Made by a program: the position numbers and the translations under genes. The notes beneath the pieces are model-generated. The model was given only the letters and a program-made list of their open reading frames with translations, was not told the DNA's origin and ran no database searches. From NCBI GenBank assembly GCA_963724955.1, contig CAVRWQ010000007.1:241505-305504 (forward strand): a stretch of 64,000 nt of DNA. Reading direction: 5' to 3'. Source of the DNA: an uncultured Acidobacteriota bacterium (GTDB lineage: Bacteria > Acidobacteriota > Vicinamibacteria > Vicinamibacterales > SCN-69-37). This document shows, piece after piece, positions 1 to 8,403 of the stretch (positions within the stretch are counted from its first letter, which is position 1; every line of letters begins with the position of its first letter).

Positions 1-2
1 CC

Positions 3-107
3 GCCGGCGTGACGGACGGCTTCGGCGTCGTCCAGACCGGTCCGGCGTCATTCATGCAGGCCGCCGGCCTCGGGCTGCCCGGCAGCTACATCGCTGGAAA
101 ACGTTGA
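3..107 (+). CDS. 3' end of an unidentified protein (partial)
   Basis: Open frame from the window edge reading AGVTDGFGVVQTGPASFMQAAGLGLPGSYIAGKR* with GC-rich third positions. Confidence 0.5.
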   Translation, partial: AGVTDGFGVVQTGPASFMQAAGLGLPGSYIAGKR

Positions 108-173
108 CCGCCCCCAGGCGAGCGTAGCGAGCCGTCGGGGGCGCTGCGCGTGGGGGTGGGGCCCCACGCGCCA
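108..173. repeat. REP-like intergenic double hairpin
   Basis: cgccccc-a-GGC GA GC gta GC GA GCC-gtc-gggggcg followed by gcgtgggg-gtgggg-ccccacgc. Confidence 0.55.
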
Positions 174-187
174 CTAAGGAAGAAGAC

Positions 188-1414
188 ATGCTCTTGATCC
201 GTTGTGCCATCGCGCTGCTGGTTGTGGTTTCTCTTTCGGCGCAGAGTCCTGGCCGCGCGCCGACGATCCCGCTCTGCCCCGGGCTGAAGATCGTCACGGC
301 CGTCAACCAGGCCGACGGCGACTACGAGTCGATCAAGACGATTGAATCCGTGACGGACGAGGCCGTGCGCCTGAAGTACTCGTCCCAGCGCATGGTCGAG
401 GATCTGTTTTCGAACGATCCGCCGAAGCTGGTGACAGGCAGCGTGTCTCGCACGATCCGGCGCGTGGACCTCCTCTCCGCGAAGCTGTATCTGCAGCAGT
501 TCTCGACCGAGCTGCCGGAGATGATTCCTGAGACCACGGCCCTCGGCACGTCCGCGGCGGTCCTGAAGGCGCTCAAGTCGGCGGGCGAAGTCGAGATGGG
601 CATCTTCATCGCGTTCTCACAGATCAAGCCTTCACTCGACCGGAACATGCACCCCAACGTGTACGACAACCAGATGGTTACGAAGGTCGTGAGAGCGACG
701 CCGGCGCCGGTGATGATTCCGGTGATGGTCAACGACGTGCGTGTCGAGCTCCCGACCATCCACGCGAGGGGCGACTTCTTCGGCGACAAGTCCGAGTTCT
801 TCTTCCTGGACGACGAGCAAAATCCGCTGGCACTGAGATTCCGCGTCGGCATCGACGCGTTCAAGGGCGGCGGCGGTGGATTCGGCGCGCTCGTGCCGAA
901 CCAGCGTCCGCCCGATCGTGAAGCGCTGCAGGTGGTGCAGATCTCCTACCGCTGCGCGGCGACCCCCGCCGAAGCGGCCGGAGGCCGCGGAGGCGGCCAG
1001 CCGCCAGCTGGGGGTGGAGGTGCGGCCGGAGCCGGAGGCGGCAGCGGGCTCGAGGCTGCGCTCGAGAAAACGCGACGCGCCGACGTCTACGACATCTTCT
1101 TTACGTTCAACAGCGACCTCATCCGCGAAGAGTCCGAGCCGACGCTGAAAGAGATCGCCGCGCTGTTGCAGAAGCATCCCGACTGGAGGCTCAGCATCGA
1201 GGGCCACACCGACAACATCGCGACCGACAAGTTCAATCTCGATCTCTCGACGCGGCGCGCGGCCGCCGTCAAGGCGGCGCTCGTCAAGCGCTTCGGCATC
1301 GATGCCGGCAGGCTGACGACGTCCGGCGCGGGTGAATCGAGGCCGAAGGACACCAATGACACGCTCGAGGGTCGCGCGCGCAACCGCCGCGTCGAGCTCG
1401 TGCGCATCGGATGA
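188..1414 (+). CDS. Secreted OmpA-family protein with an uncharacterised N-terminal domain
   Basis: Signal peptide, Gly-rich linker and a C-terminal OmpA domain (IEGHTD, NLDLSTRRA, GRARNRRVE). Confidence 0.9.
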   Translation: MLLIRCAIALLVVVSLSAQSPGRAPTIPLCPGLKIVTAVNQADGDYESIKTIESVTDEAVRLKYSSQRMVEDLFSNDPPKLVTGSVSRTIRRVDLLSAKLYLQQFSTELPEMIPETTALGTSAAVLKALKSAGEVEMGIFIAFSQIKPSLDRNMHPNVYDNQMVTKVVRATPAPVMIPVMVNDVRVELPTIHARGDFFGDKSEFFFLDDEQNPLALRFRVGIDAFKGGGGGFGALVPNQRPPDREALQVVQISYRCAATPAEAAGGRGGGQPPAGGGGAAGAGGGSGLEAALEKTRRADVYDIFFTFNSDLIREESEPTLKEIAALLQKHPDWRLSIEGHTDNIATDKFNLDLSTRRAAAVKAALVKRFGIDAGRLTTSGAGESRPKDTNDTLEGRARNRRVELVRIG

Positions 1415-2175
1415 CCTTGAACGTGCGCGTCACCCTCATCGTTCAGTCACTCTCATGCGCGGTCGCCGGAACCGTCGTGCTGTCGGCTGCCGGCTCCGGC
1501 CAGAAGCCCGTCAACGAGGCGATCGAGCGCAGCCGGGCGGTCTTCGCGGCACTCCGCTCGTACTCGGACACGGGCACGATCGTCACTGAAATGCAGGTGT
1601 CCGGCGCCCCGATGATCGTCGAGCGCCATTCGTTCGTGACGTTCTACCGCGCGCCCCGGCACTTCTATCTCGAGTTCAACGAGGACAAGAAGGCCGGCGG
1701 CGATCGCTACGTCCTGTGGGGAAACGACGAGGCCTTCCACACGTGGTGGTCCACGACGGGCGTGCAGGACACGTTTCCGAAGGGAAAAGGCGCGCTCGCG
1801 TTCAACGTCTCCGTGACCCCAACCCAGGGCATGAGCCTGCTGATCGCGCCCTGGCTCTTCGCGCAGGCCGGCCTCGAAGGTCCGCTCGTGAACCTGCAGG
1901 ACGCGAAGACCGGCGAGCTCGAGCCGGTCGGCGAACGGCGCTGCCACAAGGTCACGGGCGGCTCGCGCACTGCCTACTCGAGAAACCTCGATCGACTGCG
2001 CCCGACCACGGTGTGGGTCGATGCGCAGACCTCGCTCGTCTGCAAAGTGTTTCAAGGCAGTGCGCCGGGAACGCCGGCCGGAACCACGCAGCACGTGACG
2101 GTGACATTCGAGCCGCGCGCCAATCCGGCGATCGAGGACGCGCGGTTCCTGTTCACGCCGGCGAAAAAGCCCTAA
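1411..2175 (+). CDS. Exported LolA-like / DUF2092-like protein
   Basis: ATGA overlap with the OmpA gene. Signal peptide plus 'ALRSYSDTG...FYRAPRHFYLEF...TVWVDAQTSLV', a LolA-fold pattern. Confidence 0.6.
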   Translation: MTLNVRVTLIVQSLSCAVAGTVVLSAAGSGQKPVNEAIERSRAVFAALRSYSDTGTIVTEMQVSGAPMIVERHSFVTFYRAPRHFYLEFNEDKKAGGDRYVLWGNDEAFHTWWSTTGVQDTFPKGKGALAFNVSVTPTQGMSLLIAPWLFAQAGLEGPLVNLQDAKTGELEPVGERRCHKVTGGSRTAYSRNLDRLRPTTVWVDAQTSLVCKVFQGSAPGTPAGTTQHVTVTFEPRANPAIEDARFLFTPAKKP

Positions 2176-2182
2176 CCACGAC

Positions 2183-2288
2183 AAACTCACCATGAAGACT
2201 GAAGACGTGAAGCCGGGTTTAGGGAGAGCTCGCTTGCCACAAAGCCCTTCCCTAAAGGCTTCATGACTTCACCCTTCATGGTGAGTTT
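2183..2288. repeat. 106-bp imperfect inverted-repeat element between convergent genes (MITE/REP-like; possible bidirectional terminator)
   Basis: aaactcaccatgaag...cttcatggtgagttt perfect 15-bp termini with nested tgaag/cttca and tttaggga/tccctaaa arms. Confidence 0.75.
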
Positions 2289-2291
2289 CTC

Positions 2292-3605
2292 CTAATCTCC
2301 CGCGCGCGCGTTCGAAACAGCGACCCCGCGCCGCACGATCAGCGCTCCTCCGATCGCGGCGATGAGCGACCCGGCCAGGATGCCGACTTTGGCCGAGCCG
2401 AGCAGGCCAGTCCCCTCGAATGCCAGCGTGGCAATGAAGAGGGACATGGTGAATCCGATCCCGCCGAGGCACGCGCAACCGGTCACCGCGGTCCAGCTCA
2501 CTCCGCGAGGAAGGGCGGCCAGCCCGGAGCGGACGACGGCGAACGACGCGCCGATGATGCCGAGCGGCTTCCCGACGACCAATCCGAGCGTCACCGCCAG
2601 CGCCACCCGATCGACGGACAGATCGTTCAGCGGGACACCCGCATTCGCGAGCGCGAAGAGCGGCATCACGAAGAACGCTGACATCCCGTGCAGCGCCTGT
2701 TCCAGCCTCAGCAGAGGCGCTGTGACCTGCTCACGGGCGCGGTCGAGTCCGGCAATCGCTTCCTGCTGTCCCTTGCTCGTCAGCACCAGCAGGTCGCCAG
2801 TCTCGGTGCGATCGAACTCTTCGAGAAGCCTGCTCGCTCGCCCGGAGAACTCAGGCGCGGTGATGAACGCGCGCGTCGGAATCGCAAAGGCGAGCAGCAC
2901 GCCGGCAATCGTGGCGTGCACCCCGGATTCGTGCACGAAGTACCAGAGCACCAGGCCGAGCAGCAGATACAGTGTCAACGCCCGCACGCGGAAGAGACCC
3001 AGGGCGAAGAGCAGCCCTACGACCAGGCCCGACATCGCAATGGCGCCCCACGCGATGTCTCCGGTGTAGAAAAACGCGATCACCAGGACGGCGCCGATGT
3101 CGTCGACGATCGCGAGCGCCGTCAGAAAGACCTTGAGCCCGACCGGCGCGCGCGGCGCCACCAGCGCCAGCACGCCGAGGGCGAAGGCGATGTCGGTCGC
3201 CATCGGAATCGCCCATCCGCGCGATGGGAGGCCTCCCCCGGTCGCCAGGAGAGACACGGCCGCGGGAATCGCCATGCCCCCGATGGCGGCCGCCACCGGC
3301 AGCGCCGCCTGGCGCAGCGACGCGAGCTCGCCGGCGAGCGCCTCGCGCTTGATCTCCAGGCCGACGAGCAGGAAGAAGATCGCCATCAGCCCGTCGTTGA
3401 TCAACTGGTGCACGGTGAGCGACAACCCGTGCCGGCCGACGGTCACCGCAACGGGCGTTTCCCACAGGGCGTGGTAGGCCTCCGCCAGTTGAGAATTGGC
3501 CACGGCGAGCGCGGCGCCGGCACAGACGACGAGCAATGCGCCGCCTGCCGCCTCGGTTCGAAAGAACTCCTGGAAGGAACTCGGGCTTCCTGGTCCCGTC
3601 ATCAC
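2292..3605 (-). CDS. nhaA: Na+/H+ antiporter NhaA
   Basis: Motifs INDGLMAIFF, GWAIPMATDIAF, LAIVDD, SGVHATIAG and GIGFTMSLFI. Confidence 0.96.
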   Translation of the reverse strand: MMTGPGSPSSFQEFFRTEAAGGALLVVCAGAALAVANSQLAEAYHALWETPVAVTVGRHGLSLTVHQLINDGLMAIFFLLVGLEIKREALAGELASLRQAALPVAAAIGGMAIPAAVSLLATGGGLPSRGWAIPMATDIAFALGVLALVAPRAPVGLKVFLTALAIVDDIGAVLVIAFFYTGDIAWGAIAMSGLVVGLLFALGLFRVRALTLYLLLGLVLWYFVHESGVHATIAGVLLAFAIPTRAFITAPEFSGRASRLLEEFDRTETGDLLVLTSKGQQEAIAGLDRAREQVTAPLLRLEQALHGMSAFFVMPLFALANAGVPLNDLSVDRVALAVTLGLVVGKPLGIIGASFAVVRSGLAALPRGVSWTAVTGCACLGGIGFTMSLFIATLAFEGTGLLGSAKVGILAGSLIAAIGGALIVRRGVAVSNARAGD

Positions 3606-3638
3606 GACGTTCGTATCATGACAGGCAGTGTCACCCCG

Positions 3639-4688
3639 TTACCGACGATACGCGGTGACCGTCTCGATCGAGCCGTCGGCGCGGTGCCGAAGCTCCGTGA
3701 CCTTAATGTTGCGAAGGTGCGTCTGCCCGCCGGACGTCTGGGCATCGTGGTAGAAGAGGTACCACTTTCCCTGGAACTCGACGATGGAATGGTGGTTGGT
3801 CCAGCCGAGCACCGGCTCGAGGATCTTCCCTCTGTAGGTGAACGGGCCGTACGGTGATGTCCCGGTTGCGTAGACAATGAAGTGCGTGTCGCCGGTTGAG
3901 TACGAGAAGTAGTACGTGCCGTTGTACTTGTGCATCCAGGCGGCTTCGAAGAAGCGGCGCGCGTTGTCGCCGGCGGTGAGCGGACGTCCCTGCTCGTCGA
4001 GGATCACGACATCTCTCGGCGTCTCAGCGAAGCTCACCATGTCATCGCCGATCCGCGTGACCTTCGCGCTGAGCGCCGGTTGATCGTTCGCTGGATAGAC
4101 ATCCTTCGGCTGATAGGCTCCCGTCGCCCACCGCTGCAACTGCCCGCCCCAGATGCCGCCGAAATACATGTAGACCCTGCCGTCGGTGTCGGTGAACACG
4201 GCCGGGTCGATGCTGAAGCTTCCCTTGATCGGCTCAGGCTGCGGCTTGAACGGTCCGGCTGGATCGGCGCCGGACGCGACGCCGATGCGGAAGACGCTCT
4301 GCTTGTCCTTCACGGGAAAGTACAGGTAGTACCGGCCGCCCTTCTCTGCAGCGTCGGGCGCCCACATCTGCTGGCCCGCCCACGGCACGTCCTTGATGTC
4401 GAGCGCCACGCCGTGGTCGGTGATCGCGCCGCCCACGGTCGCCATCGAGAACACGTGGTAGTCGCGCATCGCAAAGTGGCTGCCGAGATCGTCGGCCGGT
4501 ACGCCTGCCTCGAAGTCGTGCGAGGGGTAGACGAACAGCCTTCCCTTGAATACGTGCGCGGACGGATCCGCTGTGTAGATGTTCGTGAGCAGCGGCTGCG
4601 TCAGGAACCTCGACGGATCCGCCGCGGGCACGCCCCCTTGCGAGAGCAGCGCGACGATCACGACCCCGGCGAAGCCCGACCTGACCAT
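3639..4688 (-). CDS. GH43 beta-xylosidase/alpha-arabinofuranosidase, secreted
   Basis: Motifs TADPSAH, WAPD, SIDPAVF, FFEAAW and GWTNHHSI. A GGAGG RBS precedes the ATG at 4688. Confidence 0.92.
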   Translation of the reverse strand: MVRSGFAGVVIVALLSQGGVPAADPSRFLTQPLLTNIYTADPSAHVFKGRLFVYPSHDFEAGVPADDLGSHFAMRDYHVFSMATVGGAITDHGVALDIKDVPWAGQQMWAPDAAEKGGRYYLYFPVKDKQSVFRIGVASGADPAGPFKPQPEPIKGSFSIDPAVFTDTDGRVYMYFGGIWGGQLQRWATGAYQPKDVYPANDQPALSAKVTRIGDDMVSFAETPRDVVILDEQGRPLTAGDNARRFFEAAWMHKYNGTYYFSYSTGDTHFIVYATGTSPYGPFTYRGKILEPVLGWTNHHSIVEFQGKWYLFYHDAQTSGGQTHLRNIKVTELRHRADGSIETVTAYRR

Positions 4689-4727
4689 GATGACCTCCTG
4701 AGGCACGTACGTCGTCTTCGCACGTAC

Positions 4728-4754
4728 GTAGCGCGCTCCGGGTTGCGGAGCGCG
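4728..4754 (+). repeat. GTAG-type REP hairpin, copy 1
   Basis: GTAG-cgcgctccg-ggttg-cggagcgcg. A second copy lies at 54926. Confidence 0.7.
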
Positions 4755-4777
4755 TCGTCTTCGCGCGTCGTGAGATT

Positions 4778-6148
4778 CTACGCCCGCCGAAGCGCCTGGC
4801 GGCGCCGCTCGAGGAACTCACGTTCGCGTACGTTGTCGGTGAGCGCGATCGCGTTCTCGAAGGCTTGCGCGGCATCGTCCTGACGGCCGAGCCGCTGCAG
4901 CAGGTCGGCCCGAATGGCGTGAAACAGATGATACCGGCCGAGATCGAGCGTCTGGACCACCGCGAGCGCCGCCTCCGGTCCGTCGACTTCGGCCAGCGCC
5001 ACGGCGCGATTGAGCGCGACGATCGGGTTGGGCGTCATCGACAGGAGCTGATCGTAGAGTTGCAGGATCTGCCGCCAGTCGGTGGCTGACGCGGAGGGCG
5101 CGTCGGTGTGGACGGCGTTGATGGCCGCCTGAATCTGGTACGGGCCGGGACGGTTCCACGCGAGGCAGCGGCGGACGATGGCCTGGCCTTCCGTGATGAG
5201 CCGTCGATCCCACAGGCGCCAGTCCTGATCGGCGAGCCGGACCAGATCGCCGCCGGCCGTGGTGCGCGCCGCGCGGCGCGACTCGATGAGCAGCATCAGC
5301 GCGAGCAGTCCCCACGCTTCCGGCTCGTTCGGTATGAGGTTGGTGAGAAGACGTCCGAGACGGATCGCTTCTGCGCACAGATCGTCGCGAATCAGCCGCT
5401 CGCCCGAGCTCGCCGTGTAGCCCTCGTTGAAGATGAGGTACACCACCGCCAACACGGCGCGCAGGCGGCCCGGAAGCTCGTGTTGGCCCGGCACACGGTA
5501 CGGAATGCGTGCGTCGCGGATCTTCCCTTTTGCGCGCACGAGTCTCTGCGCCATCGTGGTCTCGGGCACGAGGAACGCGCGCGCGATCTCTGCCGTCGTA
5601 AGCCCGCCGAGCAGCCGAAGCGTCAGCGCGACCTGCGTGGCGGGCGCAAGCGCGGGATGGCAGCAGGTGAAGATCAGCCGCAGTCGATCGTCCTGCACGG
5701 CGTCCTCCTCTTCTTCGGCTCCCGGCGCCTGGCCTGCCGCGCCGAAGCCGCTCGCGAAGGCGGGGCGCTCGGCGCTCGGCTCGCTGAGAAAGGCGATCCG
5801 GGCCGCTTCCTGGTGACGCGAATCGCGAGAGGCCTCGCGCCGCAGGCGATCGATCGCCCGGTTGCGAGCCGTCGTGATGATCCAGCCAACCGGGCTCGGC
5901 GGCACGCCGTTCGACGGCCAACGCTGCGCGGCCACGGTAAACGCGTCCTGCACCGCCTCCTCGGCCGCATCGATGTCGCCGAACTGGCGGACCAGGACCG
6001 CCACCGCGCGGCCGTACTCCTCGCGGAACACACGTTCGATCTCCGACGTCGTGAGCGTGGACACTCGCGCGATCAGTTCTGAGTCTCTCACTGCATTGGA
6101 CGGACTTCGATCGGGAGCGTGATCACTTTCGCGTACTTCCCGGCCCAC
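4778..6148 (-). CDS. ECF sigma factor of ECF42 type with C-terminal DUF6596/TPR extension (true start probably ~6060)
   Basis: Motifs [31 protein letters not shown] and GPYQIQAAI. Adjacent to a YciI/DGPF gene. Confidence 0.92.
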   Translation of the reverse strand: MGREVRESDHAPDRSPSNAVRDSELIARVSTLTTSEIERVFREEYGRAVAVLVRQFGDIDAAEEAVQDAFTVAAQRWPSNGVPPSPVGWIITTARNRAIDRLRREASRDSRHQEAARIAFLSEPSAERPAFASGFGAAGQAPGAEEEEDAVQDDRLRLIFTCCHPALAPATQVALTLRLLGGLTTAEIARAFLVPETTMAQRLVRAKGKIRDARIPYRVPGQHELPGRLRAVLAVVYLIFNEGYTASSGERLIRDDLCAEAIRLGRLLTNLIPNEPEAWGLLALMLLIESRRAARTTAGGDLVRLADQDWRLWDRRLITEGQAIVRRCLAWNRPGPYQIQAAINAVHTDAPSASATDWRQILQLYDQLLSMTPNPIVALNRAVALAEVDGPEAALAVVQTLDLGRYHLFHAIRADLLQRLGRQDDAAQAFENAIALTDNVREREFLERRRQALRRA

Positions 6149-6426
6149 TCGAGCGCAGCATCCAGATCCGTCGCCCTGATGATCGTGAAGCCGCCGATGT
6201 GCTCTTTCCCCTCGACGTATGGCCCGTCAGTCGTCTCGAGCTGACCATCGCGAAGGTGCACGACGGTGGCCGTGCTCGCGGGATGCAGGCCGGCGTGAAA
6301 CACCCACATCCCGGCCGCCTGAAGCTCCTCGGTCAGCGCGCGGACGCTGCGCATGATGGGCTCCAGGACCTCGGGCGGGGGTATGGGGCCGTCGGGTTGA
6401 TAGACGCTGAGCAGGTACTGCTTCAT
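6088..6426 (-). CDS. YciI/DGPF-family protein
   Basis: [15 protein letters not shown]...IEVRP, the standard ECF42 partner. Confidence 0.92.
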   Translation of the reverse strand: MKQYLLSVYQPDGPIPPPEVLEPIMRSVRALTEELQAAGMWVFHAGLHPASTATVVHLRDGQLETTDGPYVEGKEHIGGFTIIRATDLDAALEWAGKYAKVITLPIEVRPMQ

Positions 6427-6493
6427 CTTTTCTCCTTCGGGGGGACTTCGTCCCCGCCGTGCCCCCTACGCGCTTCTGGGGCTTCACCTTCTA

Positions 6494-6520
6494 TACGAAG
6501 GGCGGGCGGCCGGATCGACA
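6494..6520 (-). promoter_or_regulatory. ECF42-type autoregulatory promoter
   Basis: Minus strand TGTCGA-N17-CGTA upstream of the DGPF-ECF42 operon, close to the known TGTCGA / CG(A/T)C consensus. Confidence 0.7.
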
Positions 6521-6656
6521 GCCACGATGCTACCCCGCGAGATATGGCCGTCTCGGTGTTTCAGTGTGACTAGCGCTGGCCGGGCAGTTCCGCAGGAGAT
6601 GTGCGGCGACTTGGTGTGGCGTCAAGACGGCGGATGGGTCTCGTCCGGAGGAGGCC

Positions 6657-7805
6657 TCACGATGGTCGATCGAAGTTGCCGTGCACGACCGTCCCAGTCC
6701 CGTTGTCGATCAGCGTGCCGCTTCCACCGTCGATCGTCGTGTTCTTGACGCCCGCACCAACTTCCACTGTTGCGACGGTGGGCGCGAACTGCTGAACGTT
6801 GTTTCCTTGAAACTTCGTTGCCGACGGCTTTCCGTCCGTGCCGGCCGGTATATCGAGGTCGAAGTCCGAAAAAATCACTGAAATCGCGACCCGCCCGCGT
6901 CCCTGGATTCGATTCTGAAGGATCTCGTTGTTTTCGGCCGTCCCCTGAACCTGGACGCCGGCGCTCTGCCCGCCGGGAACCTTGCCCTGCGGCACGGACG
7001 CAATCACCTCGTTCTGCCTGATCACGGCCTTCTTCGTGGCGCCGAGCCGCACGACGGCGGCGTTCTCGAAGCCGCAGTCGAACTGATTGCGTTCCACGAC
7101 GTATTCGCCAGATCCGATCAAACGCAGAGCATCGACAAACTGGCCAGGCAGGCCGCTACGGCCAACCGTGCCCGTCTCGACAACGTTCCGTTCGACTCGC
7201 GCGGGGCCTTTGACATCCCTCAGGTCCATCGCGTGCGATGTGGTGCCCGTGATCCGGTTGTCGGCGATCAATAGGCGCACCGCCGGTCCCGTGAGGATGA
7301 TGCCACCGATGCTGTCATTCTCTGTGCCGCCAATCTGAATGCGATTCTCGACAATCGAGACGGCGCCGACCGATCCGCCAGGAAAGTGGAACGCCAACGC
7401 CGCATTCTGAACACCGCCTTTCGTGTCGACCGGCGAAGGAGTCATCCCATCGACCTGGCATTTGGCAATTCTGAGATCACCGGATCGCGTGACTCGGATT
7501 GCCGCGTTGTGAGGGTTCACGAAGCGCAGGCCTTCAATCGTGACATTGACGTCAGACGCATTTATGAAGAAGACGGCCTGCTGCCCGCCGGACGTGGCCG
7601 AACCCCCTCCGAGAATCGTTGCGTCCTGCCCGCGGATGATCACTGCGCCGGTCACGAGAATGACGCGGCTGCCGCCTGGAGCGGGCAGTCTTGCATTCAC
7701 GAAATTGAAGGTGCCGTGTAGAACCACGGTTCCGCCGGCATCAACTGCCTGCTGCACCGCGGGAACGTCGAGACTGGCGTTGTTCTGACCGATCACGTCG
7801 CTCAT
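6657..7805 (-). CDS. Right-handed parallel beta-helix repeat protein
   Basis: 'AVQQAVDAGGTVVLHGTF' pectate-lyase-like start and repeated I-x-x-N-x-I rungs. GGAGG RBS before ATG 7805; no obvious signal peptide. Confidence 0.75.
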   Translation of the reverse strand: MSDVIGQNNASLDVPAVQQAVDAGGTVVLHGTFNFVNARLPAPGGSRVILVTGAVIIRGQDATILGGGSATSGGQQAVFFINASDVNVTIEGLRFVNPHNAAIRVTRSGDLRIAKCQVDGMTPSPVDTKGGVQNAALAFHFPGGSVGAVSIVENRIQIGGTENDSIGGIILTGPAVRLLIADNRITGTTSHAMDLRDVKGPARVERNVVETGTVGRSGLPGQFVDALRLIGSGEYVVERNQFDCGFENAAVVRLGATKKAVIRQNEVIASVPQGKVPGGQSAGVQVQGTAENNEILQNRIQGRGRVAISVIFSDFDLDIPAGTDGKPSATKFQGNNVQQFAPTVATVEVGAGVKNTTIDGGSGTLIDNGTGTVVHGNFDRPS

Positions 7806-8084
7806 GACGCCTCCCTTCGAGCCAAGGGTAAAGAGCGAAGCCGAAGTACTCGAGAAACGGGTCAACGCGCGTGGACGGCACGCGACGCTGACGCGCATGC
7901 AGGTACAGGTACTGGAGACCTTAACAGGTTAACGCTCAATCGACATCGAGGAGAAGCGATTTCACGGCTCAGTGCCGTCGGCGCGATCGGGTCAGTTCTC
8001 GCGGACGCCCTGCTCGATCTGCTGCGCGGCACGTGAGAGGCCCGCGGCGGTCAAGTGAACGCGCGATTGCCGCGCGCCGCTCGC

Positions 8085-8262
8085 ATTGTCACCGAAGGCG
8101 AAATGATCGCGGTGCACTGCCACGTCACGGGCACGCATACGGGCCGCGAGCTCGGAGTGGACGCTACCCGGAAGCGTGTCGAATTCGAAGGTGTGACCAT
8201 CGGACGCGTCGTCGACGGCCAGATCCGCGAAGGCTGGAACTGCTTCGACTTTCTGACGATCA
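8085..8262 (+). pseudogene. Fragment of a SnoaL-like ester cyclase
   Basis: IVTEGEMIAVHCHVTGTHTG...VEFEGVTIGRVVDGQIREGWNCFDFLT with no N-terminal half or normal end. Confidence 0.65.
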
Positions 8263-8403
8263 ACAATTCGATATGTTGCCGGCTCTGCCGACAGCGTAGG
8301 CATAAGGGAAACCCCGCGGGATGTCGCGGTCGCGCTCGTCGGTTTTCGGGTGACGGGCCACGGAACACTCCCGGGCCGCCGGGGGTCCCCGTCGGCAGAG
8401 GAT

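Noticed and set aside
8295-8395. c-di-GMP-I/II or c-di-AMP riboswitch call
   Set aside because: Diagnostic motifs (GGCAAA..GAAA..GACGCAAA; GCTGAATCC..CCCGTCAGCTAA) are absent. Kept only as an unclassified leader.
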